A stretch of DNA of 61,542 nt, counting the filler. It is 8 parts of 8 records of this genome, joined end to end, with 100 filler letters (N's around TTAATTAATTAA, not from the genome) between each part and the next. Parts side by side here need not be neighbours in the genome. Positions count along the whole stretch, not along the records: positions 1 to 5,896 come from SRR31147125_158030; positions 5,997 to 13,608 come from SRR31147125_158126; 6 more parts are not named here. The stretch is one strand, 5' to 3'. The position numbers were made by a program, and so were the translations under genes. Below, piece by piece: positions 1-8,103 of this stretch (positions are counted from its first letter, which is position 1; every line of letters starts with the position of its first letter). A model generated the notes under the pieces. It worked only from the letters and a program-made list of their open reading frames with translations, was not told where the DNA came from and made no database searches.

Positions 1-216
1 GTGTTCCCGATTGTCGAAATGTACCAGGCCTTCATCCCGACCTATCCGAGTGGATACTGGAGTTTCGCCTTCGCCAGCAAACAGTACCACCCAACCAGAG
101 ACTTTGATCGCAAGCGCGCGGCCGACAGAGCGTTCCATAGCCGCTATTACAATGAGGATCTTCATCTCGGCGCCTTCATGCTGCCGACCTTTGCCCGGGA
201 CAACATCGCCCCATGA
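1..216 (+). CDS. speE: Spermidine synthase (polyamine aminopropyltransferase), 3' part only
   Basis: C-terminal motifs IPTYPSGYWSF and YYNEDLHLGAFMLP; stop overlaps the speA start (ATGA). Confidence 0.9.
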   Translation: MFPIVEMYQAFIPTYPSGYWSFAFASKQYHPTRDFDRKRAADRAFHSRYYNEDLHLGAFMLPTFARDNIAP

Positions 217-2144
217 GCACAGATATCCAAACCGACTGGAACACCTCTGACTCCGCATCCCTTTACGGGATTGATCGCTGGGGGCAGGACAACTTTACGG
301 TCACGCCGGATGGCGAGGCTGCGATCCGTGTTGTGTGCGAAGGGACCAATAGTGACGTTCCACTGACCGACATTGTCAAAGCCGCTCAGGATCGCGGGCA
401 CTCGCTTCCGCTGCTGCTGCGGGTGGAAAACCTGCTTGAGACCCGAGTCAAGCTGATCAATGAAGCGTTCCGCAAGGCAATCCAGGACAGCGGATATCAG
501 GCAACCTACAACGGTGTCTTTCCGGTCAAAGTGAACCAGCAGCATGCGATTCTTGAAGAGATTAAACGCTACGGGGAACCTTACGGTCACGGCTTCGAGG
601 CCGGAAGCAAGGCAGAGCTGATGATCTGCCTGGCCAACCTGAATGAATCGGGACTGCTGATCTGCAATGGCTACAAGGATCGGGAATTCATAGATCTTGG
701 CCTCTGGGGAATCAAACTCGGCTACCGCTGCTTCTTTGTTATTGAATCGCCCTCTGAACTCCCCCTGATCATTGAACGCAGTCAAGCCCTGGGCATCAGA
801 CCGCTGATAGGGCTGCGCATCAAGATTTCAGCCACAGTCGGCGGTCTCTGGACGGAGACGAGCGGTGATCGCAGCAGCTTCGGCTTGACCACAGCTCAAC
901 TGACCGCAACCGTTGATGAGCTCAAACGTCACGACATGCTCGACTGCCTGCAGTTGCTGCACTGCCACCTCGGCTCCCAGATCCCCGACCTGAAGGAGAT
1001 CGCGTCCGGAGTCCGTGAAGCGGCCCGTTTTTACGCAGACCTCTCCAGCGAAGGAGTCCCACTGAAGTACCTCGACCTGGGGGGTGGTCTGGCGGTCGAC
1101 TATGTTGGTAACCAGTCGGTCCACAGCTACTCGCGCAACTACCAACTGTCCGATTACTGCCGCTGTCTGGTTGAAACGATTATGCACACGCTCGACCCGT
1201 CTGCAATCGCGCACCCGACCATCATCACCGAATCGGGACGCGCAACCGTCGCCCATGCGTCGATTCTGCTTTTTGACATTCTCGATGTCATGCGCTACGA
1301 GCCACTCAGTGTGCCAAAGGCACCACCGGAAGGGGCCCATTCCCTGATTGCCCAACAGTTTCAAAACTTGGAACAGGCGGCAACCTGTGAACCCGCCGAG
1401 CTGTTCAAGGATGCACTCGTTCTGCGGGATCACATTCGGGATAAATTCAGAACCGGAGACATCCGATTGCGGGATCGCTCAACAGCGGAGAATCTCTTCC
1501 TTGCGATCGCCTGCACCCTGAAACAGCGTCTGGAGAAATCTGCTCCAGACTCAGCGGCCCTGTTCGAACTTCACCGCCTGCTGGCCGACATCTATTACGG
1601 AAATTTCAGTGTTTTCCAGTCGTTGCCGGACACTTGGGCGATCGGACAGATTTTCCCTGTCATGCCGATCCATCGCCTCAATGAACAACCGACACGTCAA
1701 GCCAGCATTTCTGATCTAACCTGCGACTGTGACGGCAAACTCGATCATTTCATTTTGACCGATGGAGAGAGTCCGACCCTCCCGCTTCACCCGTTCACTA
1801 AAGATGAGGAATACATTCTCGGTGTGTTCCTGATGGGAGCCTATCAGGAAACCATGGGTGACCTGCACAACCTTTTTGGCGATACAAATGTTGTCAGCAT
1901 ACGGATCAATGAGGATGGCACGTTTGACGTCACACGAGAACAATCGGGAGACACAATCGCCGAGGTTCTGGCAATTCTCGAATACACACCGGAAACTTTT
2001 TTCAACGATTTTCGCAGGACCGTTGAAAATACAGTAAAAGATGGTAGAATCAGCGTCGCTGAACGGCAGGATCTGCTGACATGTTTCCGCTCCTGCCTGA
2101 ATGATCATACGTACTTCAATAAAAAACAGATAAATGAATCGTAA
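213..2144 (+). CDS. speA: Biosynthetic arginine decarboxylase
   Basis: 643 aa; PLP-lysine motif FPVKVNQ, EAGSKAEL, HCHLGSQI, DLGGGLAVDY, DLTCDCDG, GAYQETMGDLHNLFG. Confidence 0.95.
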   Translation: MSTDIQTDWNTSDSASLYGIDRWGQDNFTVTPDGEAAIRVVCEGTNSDVPLTDIVKAAQDRGHSLPLLLRVENLLETRVKLINEAFRKAIQDSGYQATYNGVFPVKVNQQHAILEEIKRYGEPYGHGFEAGSKAELMICLANLNESGLLICNGYKDREFIDLGLWGIKLGYRCFFVIESPSELPLIIERSQALGIRPLIGLRIKISATVGGLWTETSGDRSSFGLTTAQLTATVDELKRHDMLDCLQLLHCHLGSQIPDLKEIASGVREAARFYADLSSEGVPLKYLDLGGGLAVDYVGNQSVHSYSRNYQLSDYCRCLVETIMHTLDPSAIAHPTIITESGRATVAHASILLFDILDVMRYEPLSVPKAPPEGAHSLIAQQFQNLEQAATCEPAELFKDALVLRDHIRDKFRTGDIRLRDRSTAENLFLAIACTLKQRLEKSAPDSAALFELHRLLADIYYGNFSVFQSLPDTWAIGQIFPVMPIHRLNEQPTRQASISDLTCDCDGKLDHFILTDGESPTLPLHPFTKDEEYILGVFLMGAYQETMGDLHNLFGDTNVVSIRINEDGTFDVTREQSGDTIAEVLAILEYTPETFFNDFRRTVENTVKDGRISVAERQDLLTCFRSCLNDHTYFNKKQINES

Positions 2145-2156
2145 AAAGGATATCAG

Positions 2157-2480
2157 ATGACCCTTCAGGAACTTTCAGGTTTTGATGGTCGTGACGGACG
2201 CCCCGCCTATGTGGCTGTCTCAGGAACCATCTACGACGTCAGTGAAAGCACGCTCTGGAAAGACGGAAATCATGTCGATTCGCATCAGGCTGGTCAAAAC
2301 CTCACCGAGGAGTTGAAAAAAGCTCCACACGTGCGTGCCGTCATTGAACGCTTCCCGGTTGTCGGGCAGCTTGAGAGCGCCCCGAAACCTGCCGGCACAA
2401 AACAGGGTGGACTCCCTCTGCTCTCGATCGTTATTATGGCCTTTGTCCTGATCCTTTTGATAGCAACATTCATGATCTGA
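2157..2480 (+). CDS. Cytochrome b5-like heme/steroid-binding protein with C-terminal membrane anchor
   Basis: FDGRDGRPAYVAVSGTIYDVS...W..G.H...HQAGQNLT...APH motif; hydrophobic last ~20 aa. Confidence 0.85.
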   Translation: MTLQELSGFDGRDGRPAYVAVSGTIYDVSESTLWKDGNHVDSHQAGQNLTEELKKAPHVRAVIERFPVVGQLESAPKPAGTKQGGLPLLSIVIMAFVLILLIATFMI

Positions 2481-2486
2481 GAATAG

Positions 2487-3065
2487 GTGAGACTGATGAT
2501 CAGATTTCTTTTAACAGCGACCATTTTACTTGCCGTCCTGTCTGGCTGTTCCACCCGGCAGGTCATCACTGAACTCGACGGATCGACAGCTCAGCGGCTG
2601 GTAACCCATAGTATCGACCAGCTGATGCAAAAGATCCCGGATGAGGACTTTCCGCACTGTCAGGGTTTAAACGTCCACGTTGATCCTCATTTCATCAAAG
2701 AGACGCCTCTGCTGAGCTATGCGTCCGAACGCTTTAAGGCTGAGCTTGGCTACCGGTTTCAATGCAATATTGTCGAGGCACCATCAGAGGCGGATTTGAC
2801 CGTCACGCTCTTCTTTACATCTCTGGCCACCGAGCATGACATTTTCGGCCTGTCGATCCCCTTTCTCGTTCTACCCGGCTATTCAGAAGCGATAGATATC
2901 AACCTTCTCGCAGTGGAGATGTTTCACGGCATCAGTGAAATGTATTACTACGTGAGCAATAAAGATGGAAACATTATCAATCGGCGGGACAAAACAAAGG
3001 CATCGGTCAAAACGGATAAGTTCGCTCTGCCAGTGCTTACAATTCCTATAAACACAATGGACTAG
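2487..3065 (+). CDS. Putative lipoprotein, unknown function
   Basis: Signal peptide with lipobox LSGC; starts 6 bp after the previous gene. Confidence 0.7.
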   Translation: MRLMIRFLLTATILLAVLSGCSTRQVITELDGSTAQRLVTHSIDQLMQKIPDEDFPHCQGLNVHVDPHFIKETPLLSYASERFKAELGYRFQCNIVEAPSEADLTVTLFFTSLATEHDIFGLSIPFLVLPGYSEAIDINLLAVEMFHGISEMYYYVSNKDGNIINRRDKTKASVKTDKFALPVLTIPINTMD

Positions 3066-3118
3066 GGGCAGGGTAGGAAAGGAGTGGGCGGTCAAGCGTT
3101 TCTGCAGCGATCAGGAAT

Positions 3119-3485
3119 TCAGGCGAGCAGGCCTTCCAATAAATCAGGCAATTTCATGCAGACATCTGTTTTTGCCAGAACTCCTTGAATGTTGGTCTCG
3201 GACATCCCCTCTTCCTGCATGGTCAGCATATGCCCGGAGCACAGGATAACAGGAAGGTTCTGATTCCTGCGGTAGAGCTCTTGAGCCAGCTCAATACCGG
3301 TCATTCCAGGCATCGATTCATCGGTGATCACAACATCAAACTCTCCGGCCTCTCCCTCGAAGAGTTCCAGCGCCTCCGACCCATTGAACGCGCAATGAAC
3401 AGTATAATCGTAGTCCTCAAGCAAATCGGCTCCAAGAAGAGCCAGACTTTTTTCATCGTCGACAAAAAGTATCTTTTTTTTTCAT
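3119..3485 (-). CDS. Single-domain response regulator (CheY-like receiver), frameshifted in an A9 run after the ATG
   Basis: Removing one A gives MKKKILFVDDEKSLALLGADLLEDYDY...VITDESMPGMTG...ILCSG. Confidence 0.8.
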
Positions 3486-3706
3486 ACCGGTCTTGCGATC
3501 CATTCTGCTGCCGATGAGACCTCAAGCCATCACGGAAGCAACGCGAATATTAAACCAAAACAATTAACCTACCCACAATATTCCATCATGTTATTGCCTA
3601 TTCAGGTAAAAATCAATAAATTAGCTTGCTAAATTCAAAAATAATTAATAAACTGTAATTCAGCTTGATAATCAGATCATTGATTTCAGTTTTGGAGGCT
3701 GACTCT

Positions 3707-3976
3707 ATGGCAAGAATGGTTGAAAATCCTGACCTCGCTTTTCGCCTGGCGCGGCTGATTGTTTCTGATATCGCTCTCTACAATCAGGACAAAGTATCCG
3801 AGGGCATTAAAAGCGACAGTATTTTTGAGTTGATGGATGATGAGCTTGAAGAAGGTCGTGAGCACTTTTTTTCACGCGTATCCCCTGAATTACAAAACCG
3901 CGAGCACCTCTATGAGCGTGCCATCGTTGACGTCATGATCAAGCAAGCGGGTAAAATCGAAAGCCAGATCTGGTAA
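3707..3976 (+). CDS. Small conserved hypothetical protein (deltaproteobacterial RLARLIVSDIALYN type)
   Basis: GGAGG RBS before ATG 3707; stop abuts the rluD start. Confidence 0.75.
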   Translation: MARMVENPDLAFRLARLIVSDIALYNQDKVSEGIKSDSIFELMDDELEEGREHFFSRVSPELQNREHLYERAIVDVMIKQAGKIESQIW

Positions 3977-4947
3977 ATGAGCTCCACCCGGAAGCTTATT
4001 TTTCCGGAGGATCATCCGGCCGAACGCCTGGACACCTTTCTTTCAACATGCCTGCCGGACATCAGTCGCTCTCAGCTGAAGAAACTGATTGACGGTGGGC
4101 TGGTCACGATCGAAAACAAACCTGCGAAAGCAAGCATCAAGCTTAAGGGGGGCGAAACGCTCATCGTGCGTCTTCCGAAAGCAACCCTGCTGAAGCCGTT
4201 GCCGAAGCGATCCCTCTCGACATCCTTTACGAAGATCAGGACCTGATTGTCGTCAACAAACCCGCCGGGATGGTTGTCCATCCGGCCGCAGGACACGCGC
4301 GCGGCACTCTGGTCAACGCCCTGCTACACCATTGTGACGATCTGGCCGGGATCGGTGGGGAACTGAGACCCGGTATCGTTCATCGGATCGACAAAGACAC
4401 TTCAGGGCTTCTGGTAGTGACAAAGAACGACGCCAGCCACCAGCATCTGGCCGCACAATTCAAAGAGCACAGTGTGCAGAGGCGCTATCAGGCCCTCGTT
4501 CATGGCTGTCCCCGGTCCAGAAGCGGAACCGTGAATCAACCGATCGGCCGTCACCCGGTCCATCGTAAAAAGATGAGCAGCCAGTCGAGGCAAGGGAAAG
4601 AGGCCATCACCCACTGGTCGATCCTCAAAGAGTATCCCATCGTCAATCTGTGCCTGATAGAGTTCCAACTCGAAACCGGCCGGACTCATCAGATCCGTGT
4701 GCATTTTTCCGAGATGAACCACCCCCTGATTGGTGACCCACTGTACGGGAACCGTTCACGAGCAGCCAACATCAAGGATTCACATCTGAAACACTGGATC
4801 GCTCAACTCCCCGGTCAGGCCCTGCATGCCCGTCTGCTCGGATTTATTCACCCGCGAACTGGAAAATATCTGGAATTTTCCTGCGAAATGCCTGAAACTC
4901 TCGGCAGGATCGTCAGCTACCTTGATCAAATCCAAGAGCGCAGCTGA
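3977..4947 (+). CDS. rluD: 23S rRNA pseudouridine synthase RluD; one frameshift near 4185
   Basis: S4 domain (RLDTFL..SRSQLKKLI), then VVNKPAGMVVHP, GIVHRIDKDTSGL, LETGRTHQIRVH, QALHA; adding one C to the CCC run restores ATPAEAVAEAIPLDILYED. Confidence 0.92.
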
Positions 4948-4988
4948 CGACACATTCGCTATTTCAATCATTTCACATGAGGCAAACG

Positions 4989-5775
4989 ATGAAACTTGTC
5001 CGTAAAGGGAAACTTTCTTACCTGCGACCAGACCAGGCCCCTGCATCTTTTGAAGCGGCTTCACCACCCGCAATGGTGGCGTCAGTCGTGCTCCCTATCA
5101 TTCTCTTAACCTCGGTCTCGGAACAGATGATCCCATCGCTAATGTTGAAGGCAACCGCTCCATGCTGACACGCAGTTTTGACCTGGAACCGCATCAACTC
5201 CTGACGGTCAAACAGGTTCACGGCAACGATATACTTCTGGTCGATGAGAAGAACCCTGACCTGAGCCACTTCCTGTCGGTGGAAGCTGATGCAGTGATCA
5301 CCAATCAACCCGGCATTATGATCGGCGTGTTGACAGCAGACTGCTATCCTCTTCTCATCTGGCACAATTCGAAAAAGTAGCCGCGGTGGTCCACGCTGGC
5401 TGGCGTGGTGCAGCGAACGGTCTGATCGGAAAAGTCATACAAGCCATCACTCGGAATTTTGATGCCGCTCCTCAAGAGCTTCATGCGGCCATCGGGCCCG
5501 GGATCGGAGCCCACAAGTATGAAGTCGACAGACCGGTACGCGATGATTTCAGGAGGGGCACCGGCTTCTGGGATGAAATTTCCGAAGAGACCCGTCTGGG
5601 CCACTGGACTCTGAATATCCCGCTAAGCTGCCGTCTACAGCTTGAACAGGCGGGGATCAGCGTTGCAAATATCGACGTTGCTGAGCAGTGCACCTGCTGC
5701 CATCCGGAGTTGTTCTTTTCCCACCGGCGAGATAACGGAATCACGGGTCGGCAGCTCGGCTTTTTCAAGCTTTAG
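4989..5775 (+). CDS. pgeF: PgeF/YfiH purine nucleoside phosphorylase (laccase-domain protein); two frameshifts near 5058 and 5372-5376
   Basis: Repaired frame reads GFTTRNGGVS..SLNLG, QVHG, TADCYP, HAGWRG, IGPGIG, FFSHRR; conserved position after rluD. Confidence 0.9.
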
Positions 5776-5896
5776 CACATTTTTTTCATTTTTCAGGGCT
5801 GGTTGGACCAATTTTTCAGATTTTTGTCAGATGCAACCACTATACTGGCCACACAAATAAGCCGAGTTACCTGTTCAGTAACAGGTTCCGGAGGGG

Positions 5897-5996
5897 NNNN
5901 NNNNNNNNNNNNNNNNNNNNNNNNNNNNNNNNNNNNNNNNTTAATTAATTAANNNNNNNNNNNNNNNNNNNNNNNNNNNNNNNNNNNNNNNNNNNN
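5897..5996. other. Artificial contig spacer (N44-TTAATTAATTAA-N44); same spacer at 13609-13708, 20396-20495, 27678-27777, 41601-41700, 50882-50981, 55991-56090
   Basis: Identical 100-bp structure with a six-frame stop linker; genes are cut at the edges and composition changes across each. Confidence 0.99.
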
Positions 5997-6616
5997 GGGG
6001 CGGCTTTTTCCCAGATTCTTTCGGCCACCGTCTCGGGACTTGCGTTACCGTCAATGACAATGACGGTTTCCCGGTCCTTTAGTTTTTCAAAAGCCTTGAA
6101 ATAATTGGCCCGTACCGCCTTCATAATATCTATTTTTTCATAGATTTCAAGGGGGCCTCCCCTGGACTTGATCCGAGACAGACAGACCTGTGGGTCCACA
6201 TCAATGAACAAGGTGGCATCGGGAGTTAAAATATCCGCATTAACAGAGTTCACCTGGATAACCCAGTCCATGTCGATATACTGGGCATGGTAGGCGTAGG
6301 AAGAAAAATAATACCGGTCGCAGATCACCACCCGCCCCTCATCCATGCACTTGCGGATGCCGGTTTCAGGATTGACTAAGTGATCGGTTCTGTCCGCTGC
6401 AAACAAAGCGGCGATGGTTCTCTGGTCCACGGGCAGGGTGCCGGCCAGCATCTTGCGGATCAACACCCCAATGGGACCGTCTGTGGGCTCAAAGGTGGCA
6501 AGAGGAGGCTGGCCCTTTTCTGCCAGGGCGTTGCACAGGTGTTTGATCTGGGTGCTTTTGCCTGAACCGTCGATGCCTTCAATGACAAGGAACCGGCCTG
6601 AATTTTCCTGGGTCAC
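5997..6616 (-). CDS. tmk: Thymidylate kinase, last few codons cut by the contig edge
   Basis: P-loop IEGIDGSGKST, LFAADR, CDRYYFSS. Confidence 0.92.
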
Positions 6617-6960
6617 GCGTCTATCCTTTAGGTTGCAGGTTTCCCCGTGTATCGTGCCTGCCCGGGGATGGAACCCTTGTCTTATAGCAGTAGCCGGACC
6701 CCTTGCAAGCCCCGGCTCAGCAGTTTTCCCGCCTCTTCCAAAGCCTCCGGGACCATGGTCTCCAGAGAGACAGGCGCTGGCCCAAAAGTTTTACATGCCC
6801 AGGCTGCTGTGGTACACTGACCGGACAAAACCATACCAATACAGACAACAACACACAAATTCCTTCGCAAATGACCCAGGCATTTTCTCCCAGGTCATAT
6901 CACAACGAAAGGGGGGCCTTATGGCGCAATTTGGGCCATGCCGTTTTTTTAATTTTTTTT

Positions 6961-8046
6961 TTGCTGCGGACGGTTATTTTATGTCTATGCATCCCCTTTC
7001 TTGCCATTGGGGGCCAGGCAAAAGAGGCATCCTTTCACCCGCGGTATAAGTCCTATGACTTCGGGGATTCGGACCGGGTGATTGCCATGGCCTTCCAACC
7101 CCTTGGCGTGCTTCATCCGGCAGTGGCGGAAATCATCAAAAGGGACGAAATCCTTGCAAAGGTGTTGGCCTCAAAGCAGGTGGAACTTCGTATGTTCCCA
7201 TTTTACAACGGTCCCCATATCAATCATTTCATGGCACAGGGCAAAGTGGATATCGCCATTGCCGGAGACTTTCCCACCCTCACCATGGCCTCGGGCGATG
7301 ATGTGAAAATCGTTGCCATTATAAAGCGGGACAGGGCCTCTGTTGTCGCATATAATTCGTCCAGCAGCCTGGGAGACCTTCGGGGGAAAAAAATAGGCTT
7401 TTCTCCTGGGACAGCTGCCCACCTGGGTCTGCTCGTGAGCCTTGAGGCAAGCGACCTTACCACCGCTGATGTTAAAATGGTTCCCATGGAGATCCATGAA
7501 CTTTTTGCCGCATTGGTGGCGGGTAAAATAGACGCGTTTGCGGCCTGGGAGCCTGTCCCCACGGCAGTACTTGAAGAAAATAAAAACATGGGAAAAGTGT
7601 CTGAATTTTTAAATACCGATTTTATTTATTGGACCGACCAATTTGCAAAAAAACATCCAGACACGGCCAGGCATATACTTGCGGCGTATCTGCGCGCGCT
7701 CAAATGGCTCAAAGCCAACGATACCCACCTCACCCAGGGCGCCAAATGGTCCATTGAATTAACAAAATCATTTCTGGGTAAAAACACTGATATCTCCTTG
7801 CTCCCCTATAAGCAGCAATTACGAAGAAATCTCAAGCTCATTGGATCCGGGGCCATACCAGTCAATGAATTTGCTGAACATAATTTTTTAAACCGGGCGT
7901 TTAAACTGATTAAACGCCAAAAATTGATACCCAAAACCAATAGCTGGGAAAGGGTCCAGAATAATATCTCCCAGACCCTTATCCCAGAAATTTTTGCCGA
8001 CCCGGCAAGGTATCAGACAGATGTCTTTAATTATAGACAAGACTGA
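6961..8046 (+). CDS. SsuA/NrtA/TauA-family periplasmic substrate-binding protein (start uncertain)
   Basis: Signal peptide; F.NGP...MAQGKVDIAIAGDFP, DLRGKKIG..PGTAAH, IDAFAAWEP. Confidence 0.8.
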   Translation: MLRTVILCLCIPFLAIGGQAKEASFHPRYKSYDFGDSDRVIAMAFQPLGVLHPAVAEIIKRDEILAKVLASKQVELRMFPFYNGPHINHFMAQGKVDIAIAGDFPTLTMASGDDVKIVAIIKRDRASVVAYNSSSSLGDLRGKKIGFSPGTAAHLGLLVSLEASDLTTADVKMVPMEIHELFAALVAGKIDAFAAWEPVPTAVLEENKNMGKVSEFLNTDFIYWTDQFAKKHPDTARHILAAYLRALKWLKANDTHLTQGAKWSIELTKSFLGKNTDISLLPYKQQLRRNLKLIGSGAIPVNEFAEHNFLNRAFKLIKRQKLIPKTNSWERVQNNISQTLIPEIFADPARYQTDVFNYRQD

Positions 8047-8103
8047 CCCGGATATTTGCCATTGAAAAGAGACTCCAACACCCTTAAAAGGGGCTGTCTT
8101 AGC

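Noticed and set aside
3977-5775. rluD and pgeF as pseudogenes or programmed frameshifts; TAG at 5378 as pyrrolysine readthrough
   Set aside because: Each break is a single missing base in a homopolymer, the same pattern occurs in unrelated contigs, and the continuation after the TAG is in another frame. Sequencing error is the simplest explanation.
5941-5952. TTAATTAATTAA repeated seven times within N runs
   Set aside because: Artificial six-frame stop linker; not a biological repeat or CRISPR. No synteny should be inferred across it.
6682-6870. 62-aa ORF with hydrophobic N-terminus upstream of tmk
   Set aside because: TTG start, no clear RBS, no recognisable family; cannot be supported
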